From Dehalococcoidia bacterium (lineage in GTDB: Bacteria; Chloroflexota; Dehalococcoidia; Lucifugimonadales; UBA3495): a DNA stretch of 64,000 nucleotides. Location: assembly GCA_045562555.1 (NCBI GenBank), contig JBJKVO010000001.1:262089-326088 (forward strand), read 5' to 3'. The stretch's first letter is position 1. The number at the start of each line of letters is the position of its first letter. The position numbers were made by a program, and so were the translations under genes. Shown piece after piece: positions 18,814 to 28,623 of the stretch. The notes under the pieces were generated by a model, which worked only from the letters and a program-made list of their open reading frames with translations, searched no databases and had not been told where the DNA came from.

Positions 18814-21651
18814 GTGAAAAGCTCCATAATCCGAGAATCTTATATAAAATATTTTCAAGATCAAGACCATATTAATGAGCCTAGTGCATCGTTGATACCG
18901 TCTGGTGATCCGACGCTATTATTCACCAGTGCAGGAATGGTTCCGTTCAAGGCTTATTTCATGGGAGAGCAAGTTCCTCCCTCTACACGCATGACTAGCA
19001 TTCAAAAAAGCTTCAGGACAACAGATATAGATGAAGTGGGTGATCATAAACATTTAACATTTTTTGAAATGTTGGGTAATTTTAGTTTTGGAGACTATTT
19101 TAAGGAAGAATCTATCACTTATGCATGGGAAGTATGCACACAGGTTTTTGGATTAGATCCTAATAAATTTTATATCACAGTCCATTTGGATGATGATGAA
19201 GCCTATGATTATTGGCATAAAAACATTGGCATCCCTGCAGATAGACTTTACCGTTATGGCAACAAAGATAATTGGTGGGGACCTGCAGGAGATGAAGGAC
19301 CTACGGGCCCATGTTCTGAATTGCACTATGACACAGGTTCTAGCAAAGGCTGCGGAGGATTACTTAGTGTAGATACATTGACCGGGTATGAACGTTTGGA
19401 AAATGAAGGTAAACAAGTAGTATGGGATCCTGGATGTCACCCCAACTGTGATAATTGTGAACGGTTTGTGGAACTGTGGAATTTAGTTTTCACTCAATTC
19501 TATCAAAATACTGACGGACACCGGATTGATTTACCGTCACCAAATATTGATACAGGAATGGGATTGGAACGGATAACTGCCGTTTTACAGAATAAGAGTA
19601 ATGTTTACGAAACCGACTTATTTTCGCCTGTTATTTCTGTGATTGAAAATCTTACTGACGAAAAATATGGTGCTGATGAATCGACCGATTATTCTATTAG
19701 AGTTGTAGCAGAACATGGCAGGGCGGCAACTTTTTTGATAGGGGATGGAGTAATTCCCAGTAATGAAGGTAGAGGGTATGTACTGAGAAGGATAATACGT
19801 AGAGCTATAAGGCATGGAAGACTACTTGGTTTGACCGATCCATTCATGACGAATATTGTAGCAGCTGTGGCAGATAATTTTGGAGATATTTATCCAGAAC
19901 TGATAGAACAATCAAAATTCATAACTGACGTTGTAATGAATGAAGAAGATCGTTTTGGATTGGCGTTACAGAATGGATTACCGATACTAGAACGTGGATT
20001 CATTAAAGCTAGAACTTTAATTGAAGCCGCCAAAGACAGGACACAGATTTCTCAATTGTTGGAAAATGAAAGTGTAGCTATACCTGATGCTATTTTAAAC
20101 AGGGTGATACCTACTTACGAGGAGTTAATCAGGTCAGGAAAAGGATTCAGAGAGTTATCAGGCTTGGAAATGTTCATTTTATATGACACTTATGGATTTC
20201 CGCCAGAGTTAACTGCTGAGATATGTGAGGTGCATAATTTTATTGCAGATTTGGCAGGATTCAACCATGAAATGGATTACCAGAAATCAATAGCTCGGAG
20301 TGTTGATTCATTTGCTGGGAACATGGCTATAGATACCGACATTGATAACCTAGGTCTGCCTGCCACTAAGTTCTTAGGATACGAATTAGAAAAAACCGAA
20401 TCGGAGATACTGGCTATATTGACAGATAATGGAACTACAGATTCTCTAAAAGAAAAAGAATCTGGCAAAATCATACTGTCGGATACTGTATTCTATGCAG
20501 AAGGTGGAGGACAATTAGGGGATAAAGGATTTATAAAATCTCCTAACGGCTTATTCGAAGTTTTGGATACAAAAGTACTTGTTGCAGGTATTACTGAACA
20601 CATTGGTAGAGTAGCGTCCGGCCAAATGAGAGTAGCTGATTCAGCTTTATGTGAAATAGATTTAGTCCATAGGACAGGAACGTCGTCTAATCATAGTGCT
20701 ACCCATATGATTCACGCCGCATTAAGAGAAATATTAGGAACGCATGTTAAACAAGCTGGTTCATTAGTTTCTCCTGACAGGTTAAGGTTTGATTTCAGTC
20801 ATATTGGCCCTATGAAGACGGGTGAAATTCAAAGGACCCAACAATTGGTTAATGACAAAGTACGCTCTAATTTAGATCTGAGCGTAGAAGAATCTTCTTA
20901 CACAGAAGCGGTAGCCGGTGGGGCGTTGGCATTTTTTGATGAACGGTATGGTGAAAATGTTCGAGTCGTATCTATGAGTGACAAACATTCTGGTGAAAGC
21001 TTTAGCGTAGAAGTCTGCGGAGGCACTCATCTCCACGCTTCTGGAGAGATCGGCACCGTGTTGATCTTAGGAGAATCTGGGATAGGGAGCGGAATGCGCA
21101 GAGTGGAAGCAATTACCGGCTATCAAGCAGAAATGCTTATGAACGAAAAATTCGCTACGTTAGATGCAGTGGCAGCGAAATTCCAATCCCCTATAGCTGA
21201 CCTCGAATCCAGGATTGAGAACTTCATGGAAGAACGAGATTCTTTGAAACATGCTCTAGAAAACTTGCAGAAAGAGGCTACATACTCACAGGCTGAAGAA
21301 TTGTTAGAAAATGTTATTCAGATAGGAGAACTGAAAGTAATAGCGACCATTGTTAACTCCAATTCTGTGGAGGAGCTTCGTACGATGTGTGATTCAATTC
21401 GAAATATGATTCACGACGTTTTAATCGTTTTAGCATCTAATATTTCAGGCTCACCTGTAGTAGTGGTGATGTGCACTGATTCAGTAAAAGAAAAAGGTTT
21501 TAAAGCTAATGATATGGCACTGAATTTAGGTAAGATCATAGAAGGTGGTGGAGGAGGAACTCCAGACTTCGCGCAAGCAGGAGGAAAGAGAACTGATTTG
21601 TTACCTGCGGTTATCAATGAAAGTCTGGAGTATATAAAAGCACAATCATGA
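18814..21651 (+). CDS. alaS: alanine--tRNA ligase
   Basis: 945 aa. FTSAGMVPFK, RFVELWNLVFTQF, editing-domain HSATHM, C-terminal DHHA1-like GGGGGTPDFAQAGG. Confidence 0.95.
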   Translation: MKSSIIRESYIKYFQDQDHINEPSASLIPSGDPTLLFTSAGMVPFKAYFMGEQVPPSTRMTSIQKSFRTTDIDEVGDHKHLTFFEMLGNFSFGDYFKEESITYAWEVCTQVFGLDPNKFYITVHLDDDEAYDYWHKNIGIPADRLYRYGNKDNWWGPAGDEGPTGPCSELHYDTGSSKGCGGLLSVDTLTGYERLENEGKQVVWDPGCHPNCDNCERFVELWNLVFTQFYQNTDGHRIDLPSPNIDTGMGLERITAVLQNKSNVYETDLFSPVISVIENLTDEKYGADESTDYSIRVVAEHGRAATFLIGDGVIPSNEGRGYVLRRIIRRAIRHGRLLGLTDPFMTNIVAAVADNFGDIYPELIEQSKFITDVVMNEEDRFGLALQNGLPILERGFIKARTLIEAAKDRTQISQLLENESVAIPDAILNRVIPTYEELIRSGKGFRELSGLEMFILYDTYGFPPELTAEICEVHNFIADLAGFNHEMDYQKSIARSVDSFAGNMAIDTDIDNLGLPATKFLGYELEKTESEILAILTDNGTTDSLKEKESGKIILSDTVFYAEGGGQLGDKGFIKSPNGLFEVLDTKVLVAGITEHIGRVASGQMRVADSALCEIDLVHRTGTSSNHSATHMIHAALREILGTHVKQAGSLVSPDRLRFDFSHIGPMKTGEIQRTQQLVNDKVRSNLDLSVEESSYTEAVAGGALAFFDERYGENVRVVSMSDKHSGESFSVEVCGGTHLHASGEIGTVLILGESGIGSGMRRVEAITGYQAEMLMNEKFATLDAVAAKFQSPIADLESRIENFMEERDSLKHALENLQKEATYSQAEELLENVIQIGELKVIATIVNSNSVEELRTMCDSIRNMIHDVLIVLASNISGSPVVVVMCTDSVKEKGFKANDMALNLGKIIEGGGGGTPDFAQAGGKRTDLLPAVINESLEYIKAQS

Positions 21652-22055
21652 GATGTCTCGGAATAGATTATGGTATCGCTAGGATTGGATTAGCATTTAC
21701 GGATAGCACTCTGGATTTGATCTTGCCCTTAGATGCAATTGATGTACGAGCAATCTCAGATCCATTCAGTGTAATAAAAAATATAGTTGACGAAAGGAAT
21801 ATAGATGAGGTGGTAGTGGGTTTGCCTCTAAGACCTGATCACTCAGAGACTGAGCAGTCTAAGCATACTAGGAATTTTATAGCTAAACTGAATATAGCTT
21901 TGGGTAAAAAAATTTGTACAGTTGACGAGAGTTTTTCTTCTAAAGAAGCAGGAACGTATATGACGTATGATGCATACAAGGACAAATCTAGTGGTCGTTT
22001 AGATAGTGCTTCAGCATGCGTAATATTAAGCAGGTTTTTGAAGGAAGTCGATTAA
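21648..22055 (+). CDS. ruvX: putative pre-16S rRNA nuclease / Holliday junction resolvase-like protein (YqgF)
   Basis: CLGIDYGIARIGLAF N-terminus. 4-nt overlap with alaS, the usual alaS-ruvX arrangement. Confidence 0.85.
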   Translation: MRCLGIDYGIARIGLAFTDSTLDLILPLDAIDVRAISDPFSVIKNIVDERNIDEVVVGLPLRPDHSETEQSKHTRNFIAKLNIALGKKICTVDESFSSKEAGTYMTYDAYKDKSSGRLDSASACVILSRFLKEVD

Positions 22056-22841
22056 TTAATTTGTAGCGTTTACAGAGGTATAGCTGAATTCTTTTGATAA
22101 GATGCTGCCTGAATCCATGTCTATTTCGAATGTAAGTATTGTCGAATCATCAGGAGCAGCACTCAATATTCGTTCACCTTTCTCTGCCACTATTGAATCG
22201 GATCCCCTCCAATCTACTACATCTAAATCTTTCCCTGTTCTGTTACAAACTATTAATGGAACATCTACTTCGAGGCTGCGCTGTTCCCACTCTCCATTTG
22301 GGGCACAATCACCAGGTCCCCAAGCTGAAGGACATATCAATGCTTTAACTCCCTGTTTATGGTATTCGTTTGATATTTGAGGACGGTAAGCATCTGCACA
22401 TATCAGAATCCCGACAGGAATTCTGTCTACGGAGATTGATTTGATTTCTTCTCCAGGAGATGACCAACCTTCTGATTGAGGTAAAACCTTTATTTTCCTG
22501 TAATTACCTATGATGCTGCCTTCCCTGTTAATAACGAACACTGTATTGTGCAATTGGTTTGTTGAATTGTCTTTTTCTGGCATCGATAAAAATAAATTAA
22601 AGTTCCAAGTTGGCATATTAGAGCATAACTCTTGCATCCATGTGTCTGGTTGATGAGTTATCCAGTCGCTTCCAATCATTCTTTCGAAGCTATATCCACA
22701 TACCCATAATTCTGGGCTGATTACCCAGTCGGATTTCATTTGAGCGCATAATTTTAGACTTTGTAATAATAAAGCTTTATTAGATTCTAATTGGCCTGTA
22801 ATAGGTGCTAAGTGAAGTAATGAGATCTTTATTTTATTCAT
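22056..22841 (-). CDS. carbon-nitrogen hydrolase (nitrilase-superfamily) protein
   Basis: E-K-C triad candidates: ISPELW, YRKIKVL, ILICADAY. Confidence 0.7.
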   Translation of the reverse strand: MNKIKISLLHLAPITGQLESNKALLLQSLKLCAQMKSDWVISPELWVCGYSFERMIGSDWITHQPDTWMQELCSNMPTWNFNLFLSMPEKDNSTNQLHNTVFVINREGSIIGNYRKIKVLPQSEGWSSPGEEIKSISVDRIPVGILICADAYRPQISNEYHKQGVKALICPSAWGPGDCAPNGEWEQRSLEVDVPLIVCNRTGKDLDVVDWRGSDSIVAEKGERILSAAPDDSTILTFEIDMDSGSILSKEFSYTSVNATN

Positions 22842-22939
22842 TTCACCTCAATTCATGTGCTGAAGACGAGAATAGCACATGAGATAATGCGCCTCAAGTA
22901 CTTGACCAAATGTGAACATCGATTCAAAATAGTAAAGTA

Positions 22940-23013
22940 TGCCCTATGGTGTAGCGGTAGCACACCGGCCTTTGAAGCCGTCAGCCCTGGTTCGAATCCA
23001 GGTAGGGCAGCCA
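22940..23013 (+). tRNA. tRNA-Gln (anticodon TTG), CCA encoded
   Basis: Acceptor TGCCCTA/TAGGGCA with a U1:A72 pair and G73 discriminator (typical bacterial tRNA-Gln). Anticodon loop CTTTGAA. T-arm CCTGG-TTCGAAT-CCAGG. Confidence 0.9.
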
Positions 23014-23025
23014 AAGCATACTTTA

Positions 23026-23058
23026 AAAGAGCTCATTGATTTGGGCTCTTTTAATTTT
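23026..23058 (+). terminator. rho-independent terminator after tRNA-Gln
   Basis: AAAGAGC...GCTCTTT stem (with inner pairs) followed by TTAATTTT. Confidence 0.5.
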
Positions 23059-23075
23059 AGTGGGATACTGTAAGT

Positions 23076-23714
23076 ATGAAAATAGCACTACTCGGAAATG
23101 GTAAAACAGGCGGCAAAGTTTGTGAACTAGCGACAGGACACACGGTTAAGGTATTCGATAGCCAAAATATCCCCACCTTACGAGACCTACAAGACTGTGA
23201 TGTTGCTATATGCTTCTTACCTGGTCTAATTTTAGAGGCTTATATAGGACTTCTCATCGAGTCTTCGCTGCCTGCCGTAATCGGCTCTACTGGCAGTAGA
23301 TGGCAAGATGGCTTACATACAAAGCTTGTCGAAGCTGGCTTAACTTGGATGTACGCACCGAATTTTTCTAGAAATATGGGAAAGCTCAAAGATATGATTG
23401 AAATTATGGCTAGTATACAAGATCAGAACCACAGCCCTCTCCTAGAAGAAACCCTTCATATAGATAAAGTTGATAGTCCAAGCGGCACTGCTCTTGCGTG
23501 GGAGGAATGGCTCGGTGAGAAAGTTGAGTTCATTGACTACAGAGCAGTAGATACATACGGAATACACAAGCTTACCGTAGAGACGGAAAACGAAACAGTA
23601 TCTATTCAGCATACCGTTAAAGACAGGTCCGCTTATGCTCAAGGAGCACTGGATGCTGCAGTAAAGTTGCACTCTGATAATTTTACTCCGGGTTTAGTGA
23701 ACCTACTTGACTAA
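23076..23714 (+). CDS. dapB: 4-hydroxy-tetrahydrodipicolinate reductase-like protein (short form)
   Basis: MKIALLGNGKTGG, VIGSTGS, APNFSRNMG, ETLHIDKVDSPSGTA (compare the E. coli EAHHRHKVDAPSGTA region). Only 212 aa. Confidence 0.6.
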   Translation: MKIALLGNGKTGGKVCELATGHTVKVFDSQNIPTLRDLQDCDVAICFLPGLILEAYIGLLIESSLPAVIGSTGSRWQDGLHTKLVEAGLTWMYAPNFSRNMGKLKDMIEIMASIQDQNHSPLLEETLHIDKVDSPSGTALAWEEWLGEKVEFIDYRAVDTYGIHKLTVETENETVSIQHTVKDRSAYAQGALDAAVKLHSDNFTPGLVNLLD

Positions 23715-23779
23715 GACCAACTACGTATCCGATTTCCCAAGCCCAGTTAGTTTACACCGATTGTAAAAGCGTGTATCCT

Positions 23780-23880
23780 TTCTGCAAATTGGGGAGCTGA
23801 GCAATCGGCTGAGATGGAAGTTGATCTTCCGTACCCTTAAACCTGATCTGGATAATGCCAGCGTAGGGATAATCTTACGA
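23780..23880 (+). promoter_or_regulatory. TPP (THI-box) riboswitch
   Basis: GGGGAGCTGAGCAATCGGCTGAGATGG...ACCCTTAAACCTGATCTGGATAATGCCAGCGTAGGGAT is the canonical thi-box core. The ends are approximate. Confidence 0.9.
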
Positions 23881-23907
23881 ACAGCCTTCCAGAGGCTGTT
23901 TTTTTTT
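23881..23907 (+). terminator. riboswitch expression-platform intrinsic terminator
   Basis: ACAGCCT-TCCAG-AGGCTGT hairpin followed by T9, immediately 3' of the aptamer and 5' of the RBS GAAAGAGGA. Confidence 0.8.
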
Positions 23908-23920
23908 GAAAGAGGAAATC

Positions 23921-25399
23921 ATGATTACTATGATTATTACAGCTGCATTTATGGCTGCATTTGCTGCCGTAGGAGTGTTGTATGCAAGAAAGTCCAGTAT
24001 AAGTCTGGAAGACTTTATATCGGCTAGGAAATCTGTTGGATCAATAGGATCTATGGCTACAGTGGTAGCGTCAGTGTTAGGTGCGTGGATTTTATTCAGC
24101 CCTGCTGAAGCTGCTACATGGGCGGGTTTGGCGGCAGTAATTTGCTATGCTATAGGGCAGGCGGCTCCTATTTTGGCTTTTACCGTTGTTGGTACTAAGT
24201 TAAGACGTCTGATGCCCAATGGTCATTCTCTAAATGAATTTGTGTGGTACAGATATGGAAAACTGATGTATGCAACGACTCTTATCATAGTCGTCTTATA
24301 TATGTTTACTTTTATATCTGCAGAATTAGGAGCGATATCTAGAGCTTTGGAATTTGTTACAGGGGTGCCTCTCATAGTAACTATGGTGTTAGTAGTAGTG
24401 TCGACTTTGGTGTATACCGTGTATGGGGGATTAAAAGTTTCTATATTCACGGATAAAATACAGTTAATTATAATTATACCGTTACTGCTGATTTTATTTT
24501 TGTTCAGCTTAAATCAATTGGGTGGCTGGGAAGCTTCTCTGGGGAATATAAGCTCTGAAAGTAATCTTCTTTCTCTAAGCAATCAAGTAGGGATAGAATT
24601 TGGAATCACTTTAATCATAGCTATTCTAGCAGCTAACTTGTTTCATCAAGGATTTTGGCAAAGAATATATGCTGCAAAATCAGATACTGATATATATAAA
24701 GGCTTCATAGTAGGCGGGATTATTGTTATCCCAATGATCATTATCAGTGGTTTTTTTGGGTTATGGGCTGTGTCTCAAGGATTGGTCACTGATCATTATT
24801 CTGCATCAATATCATTATTCTTATTGGCTGACACTATTTTGCCAGATGCTCTGTTGATAGTATTGAGCATTTTGGCATTGATGTTAGTTATGAGTAGTGT
24901 GGACTCGTTGCTCAATGGCATTGCAAGCATATTCACAAGTGACTTGCCTAAAGTCTTTAGTGGCATCAATCCACCAGATTTGATCAAATACACTCGAGTG
25001 ATAACCGTTGTTCTAGTTTTACCTGCAATGGTTGTAGGGTGGACATTTCAAAGTGTATTGTATTTGTTTTTGATAGCTGATTTAGTCTGCGCAGCGGCAA
25101 TGATACCTGTGTTTGCAGGGTTATATACTCAAAAGATAACTGGTATCAATTGTTTTATAAGCATATTGATCGGTTTAGTAAGTGGCGGTTTATTTTTTCC
25201 CAAGAATGATTTGTCTGGATGGTGGACACTGGAACCTTTAACCAATATTTGGCACGTTCTAGCTTCAGGTAATCTACTTGCTAGTTTTGGTATAGCGATT
25301 GTGGCATCTACTGCATCTTTGGTTGTGCTTACTATGTTTAGTGCCTCAAGAGAATTTGATTTTGATTCATTGCAAGAAGTACAGGAGATTACTTCTTAG
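23921..25399 (+). CDS. sodium:solute symporter family transporter, TPP-riboswitch controlled (candidate thiamine-precursor importer)
   Basis: Polytopic SSS-like protein. I place the start at ATG 23921 (MITMIITAAF...) after the RBS. The ORF-track TTG at 23906 lies inside the terminator T-tract. Confidence 0.8.
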   Translation: MITMIITAAFMAAFAAVGVLYARKSSISLEDFISARKSVGSIGSMATVVASVLGAWILFSPAEAATWAGLAAVICYAIGQAAPILAFTVVGTKLRRLMPNGHSLNEFVWYRYGKLMYATTLIIVVLYMFTFISAELGAISRALEFVTGVPLIVTMVLVVVSTLVYTVYGGLKVSIFTDKIQLIIIIPLLLILFLFSLNQLGGWEASLGNISSESNLLSLSNQVGIEFGITLIIAILAANLFHQGFWQRIYAAKSDTDIYKGFIVGGIIVIPMIIISGFFGLWAVSQGLVTDHYSASISLFLLADTILPDALLIVLSILALMLVMSSVDSLLNGIASIFTSDLPKVFSGINPPDLIKYTRVITVVLVLPAMVVGWTFQSVLYLFLIADLVCAAAMIPVFAGLYTQKITGINCFISILIGLVSGGLFFPKNDLSGWWTLEPLTNIWHVLASGNLLASFGIAIVASTASLVVLTMFSASREFDFDSLQEVQEITS

Positions 25400-25418
25400 T
25401 TTATTGAAGGACACGAAT

Positions 25419-26309
25419 CTAGAATTGATCGAAAGTCGTTGCAGATATTCTTTCAGCGATTAATTTCGTTTCTGTTATGTCTGAAGAGCTGATTGCAAAA
25501 ATAACATGATCTAGCCCTTTCTCTTGATACGTGTTCACTATCTCTGCGATTTGCAATGGATCTTTTCCGTTCAAAGACAGGCCATGACGCGGATTTGCAC
25601 TCGTTTCGTCAGGAGACACATCTAGGCGTATGGAATAGTTGATTTCGTTTGGATCTCTATTGATAGTAGTACAAATTTCTTCTATTTTTGATTTCCCCTC
25701 AGCAAACTCTAAGGCGGTTATTCCTGAAGGATGCCACCCGTCACCAAGCGTAGCAGCTCTTTTAATAGCACCTGCACTAGAGCCTCCAACCCATATGGGT
25801 ATGTTTGAGTTGTAAGGTTTCGGTGAGAAAGTCACATTGTTAAAATTCCATCTGGTACTGTTATAAGAAGGTGAGTCGTTTTCCCATAGTTCGTGCATAA
25901 TATTTATACTTTCATTTGTTAAAATCGCTCTCTGCGACATTGGTATGCCCAAAGCTTCGAATTCTTCTACCATGCCTCCAACGCCAACTCCTAAAATAAG
26001 CCTTCCCGCTGAAAATTGATCCAGAGTTGCTGCATATTTAGCTAGTTCTACAGGATTATGGTAGGGTAGTACTAAGATGGACGTCCCTAAATAGATCTTA
26101 GTAGTCAGCGCAGATATACATGATAAGGTGGCTAAAGGATGATAATACGGTTTATCGTTTAATCTTTTGCCTATGTACCCAATATTGAAAAGGTGGTCCA
26201 TTGTCCAAAGAGAGTCAAATTCGAGATCTTCGTAGTATTTCCCAATATGCAATACTTCAGAAGGCTCTTCAATCCCCCAATTGTTGGGAACAGTAATTCC
26301 GAATTTCAT
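25419..26309 (-). CDS. luciferase-like monooxygenase (LLM) class, probably F420-dependent, oxidoreductase
   Basis: 296 aa. MKFGITVPN...FDSLWTMDHL N-terminus and TIM-barrel LLM pattern. The cofactor assignment is family inference. Confidence 0.7.
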   Translation of the reverse strand: MKFGITVPNNWGIEEPSEVLHIGKYYEDLEFDSLWTMDHLFNIGYIGKRLNDKPYYHPLATLSCISALTTKIYLGTSILVLPYHNPVELAKYAATLDQFSAGRLILGVGVGGMVEEFEALGIPMSQRAILTNESINIMHELWENDSPSYNSTRWNFNNVTFSPKPYNSNIPIWVGGSSAGAIKRAATLGDGWHPSGITALEFAEGKSKIEEICTTINRDPNEINYSIRLDVSPDETSANPRHGLSLNGKDPLQIAEIVNTYQEKGLDHVIFAISSSDITETKLIAERISATTFDQF

Positions 26310-26310
26310 A

Positions 26311-26784
26311 TTATTTGTTTTGTATTTGGCTAATTACTGTTGCGGTCTCTATTGCTGCTTCAGCAGCATGTCTTCCTGCATTGCCTGATTTACCCCCTGA
26401 ACGATTAATAGCCTGTTCTAGGGTATCAGTGGTTAATACACCGAAAAGAATCGGCTTAGAGGTGCTTATAGATGTGGTTAATATACCGCTTGCGGCATTT
26501 CCTGCGACTATATCGTAGTGGTCAGTTTCGCCTTTTATAACGGCCCCTAAGCATATGACCGCGCTAACGTCTGTATTATCAGCTAAGTTTTTTGCCACTA
26601 CGGGTAATTCGAATGCTCCTGGAACCCATGTGACAGTTATGTCGGATTCTTTAACTCCACAGTTGGTCAGTGTATCTAGAGCTCCTTCGAGTAATTGCTT
26701 AGTTATGAACTCGTTAAAACGGGATATTACTATGCCGATTTTTAAGCCGGATCCATTTTGTGTGCCATTTATTTGATTAAACAC
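26311..26784 (-). CDS. ribH: 6,7-dimethyl-8-ribityllumazine synthase
   Basis: KIGIVISRFNEFIT, VPGAFELP, GVLT. Confidence 0.9.
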   Translation of the reverse strand: MFNQINGTQNGSGLKIGIVISRFNEFITKQLLEGALDTLTNCGVKESDITVTWVPGAFELPVVAKNLADNTDVSAVICLGAVIKGETDHYDIVAGNAASGILTTSISTSKPILFGVLTTDTLEQAINRSGGKSGNAGRHAAEAAIETATVISQIQNK

Positions 26785-26821
26785 ATCAACCTCATAATTC
26801 TACTAGAATCCCTATATTCTA

Positions 26822-27508
26822 CTATTTGGTTTCATTATTGACCACTGTTTTAATATCTCTGCTGATTTTGTAAACCCTTTGGATTAATGTTAGGCAAGAT
26901 AGTGTTGCTATGATCATAATTGCTACAAACAAGTAGCCTGTTATCAATCCTATGGATATCAGTATCACTCGTTCTGCTCGAGTCATTAGACCATGCTTCA
27001 TTGATACCCCAAGACTTTCACCTCGTGCTCGCGCATAGCTCACTAATTGAGACGATATCAATGCTAATAGCCCTATTGGTATCAAAAAAGCATTTAACTG
27101 ATGTTCTAATATAAATACATTTCGATAGTCCTCAATCACAAAGGTGATTTGTGGGTTGTGCAATATAGGAAGCATTATTATTGCTGATAATAATGCAGAT
27201 TCACCCAGTCGATCTCCTACAGAATCCAGTAATGCTCCAAATTCTGTGGAAGTTGATGTAAGCCTAGACAAGGTACCGTCGAACAAATCGAGAGCAGAAC
27301 CTAAGAAAAATATTAGTCCAGCAGAGAATAAATTTTGTGAGATTACAAGATAGCTACTATACAAACACATTAGCAATGAAATGATGGTGATATGATTTGG
27401 CCGAAGTCCGCATTTATGCATGCATTTAGCAAGAGGTAATTCTATATATTTAGTCAGTATTGGCCTAATATTCAGGGTTTCAAACATTATCGTCCGCACA
27501 TATTCCAA
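26822..27508 (-). CDS. CDP-alcohol phosphatidyltransferase (candidate phosphatidylinositol-phosphate synthase)
   Basis: DLFDGTLSRLTSTSTEFGALLDSVGDRLGE matches D-x2-DG-x2-(A/S)R-x8-G-x3-D-x3-D. An alternative start at ATG 27487 overlaps the upstream TAA (TAATG coupling). Confidence 0.8.
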   Translation of the reverse strand: MEYVRTIMFETLNIRPILTKYIELPLAKCMHKCGLRPNHITIISLLMCLYSSYLVISQNLFSAGLIFFLGSALDLFDGTLSRLTSTSTEFGALLDSVGDRLGESALLSAIIMLPILHNPQITFVIEDYRNVFILEHQLNAFLIPIGLLALISSQLVSYARARGESLGVSMKHGLMTRAERVILISIGLITGYLFVAIMIIATLSCLTLIQRVYKISRDIKTVVNNETK

Positions 27509-28614
27509 TAAATAGATTCAATTTCGCTACCTATAGCAGTCCAATTATATTTTCGCACAATATCTGTACCCAATTCAGCCATATTATGTCTTAATTCTGG
27601 GTTCAATATCAGACTTTCTAATGCATGTTCTAGGGCAGAAGCATCATTAACTGGTATTAGTGGGTAGTTCTGCTGGGAAAGTATTTGGGAGTATCCTTTA
27701 ATATCTGATGCAATAACTGGTGTATTACTAGCTAGAGCTTCTAGAAGGACAATACCGAAACTCTCCCCTCCTAATGATGGTACGCACACTACGTCGCTGG
27801 TTTGAAGGATATTGGGAATTAAGTCATTATGCACTGAACCTAGACATTCGATTTCAAAACTTTTGAATATGTTTGGGAAAAGGTTGTTGTATGAATTCAA
27901 ATCATTTAATCCAGCAACAAGTAATTTAAATTTATAATTAGAATACGATAAGTTTTCAAGAGCCTTGAGCAGCAGTGTTAATCCTTTGCGAGGTTCGTCT
28001 CTTCCGATAAATACGACGGTGAAAGGAGTATTGTTGATATAGGGTTTGATACTATTTTTGAACTTTGATGTATCTATTCCGTTACCAATTACAGAGACGT
28101 TTCCTGTGAAATTGTGCATCCACGGCTGTATATAAGATTTCGAAGCTTCAGACACACATATTGCATGATCAATCAAATTCATGAGTGGAGATACTACGCT
28201 TTGTAATATTGCGTAATTATTTTTATATTCATGATAGGCATGGAATGTGCCTATTTTGGGACACTTTGACAATAACAAAGTAGATAAAGATGTTAATGGC
28301 ATGAAAGGTTCATGTATGTGGACGATATCAAATTGATTTTTAAGTATAGATTTGATCTGGAAATACACTTTAGGGTTTAATGAGATTCGGGCAGCCGTGC
28401 TGGATATTGGGAAAGGAATTGTAGAACCCAATGAATGGAAAGTGATCCCTTCATATGCGTCATGCTCATAATAAGAATCAGAGCAAGGACCGAGTAAATC
28501 AATGCAGTGTCCTTGGGATGCCAAATATCTTGAGAGGTTAACTGCGTGGGTGTTAACTCCGCTAGGGTGAGAAAAGTCATAAGGAGAAACCATAGCAATG
28601 GATAACTTCTCCAA
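27487..28614 (-). CDS. pimA: GT4 glycosyltransferase, PimA-like (phosphatidylinositol alpha-mannosyltransferase type)
   Basis: The N-terminus MVSPYDFSHPSGVNTHAVNL, FIGRDEPRKGLTLLLKAL and LGGESFGIVLLEA closely parallel the mycobacterial PimA sequence as I recall it. Confidence 0.65.
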   Translation of the reverse strand: MEKLSIAMVSPYDFSHPSGVNTHAVNLSRYLASQGHCIDLLGPCSDSYYEHDAYEGITFHSLGSTIPFPISSTAARISLNPKVYFQIKSILKNQFDIVHIHEPFMPLTSLSTLLLSKCPKIGTFHAYHEYKNNYAILQSVVSPLMNLIDHAICVSEASKSYIQPWMHNFTGNVSVIGNGIDTSKFKNSIKPYINNTPFTVVFIGRDEPRKGLTLLLKALENLSYSNYKFKLLVAGLNDLNSYNNLFPNIFKSFEIECLGSVHNDLIPNILQTSDVVCVPSLGGESFGIVLLEALASNTPVIASDIKGYSQILSQQNYPLIPVNDASALEHALESLILNPELRHNMAELGTDIVRKYNWTAIGSEIESIYWNMCGR

Positions 28615-28623
28615 TATGCCCCC

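Noticed and set aside
22857-23039. 60-aa plus-strand ORF.
   Set aside because: It runs straight through tRNA-Gln (22940-23013). It is an artefact.
23821-24027. 68-aa plus-strand ORF, and the TTG 23906 start of the symporter ORF.
   Set aside because: Both lie within the TPP riboswitch aptamer and terminator. The real symporter start is ATG 23921, behind the RBS.
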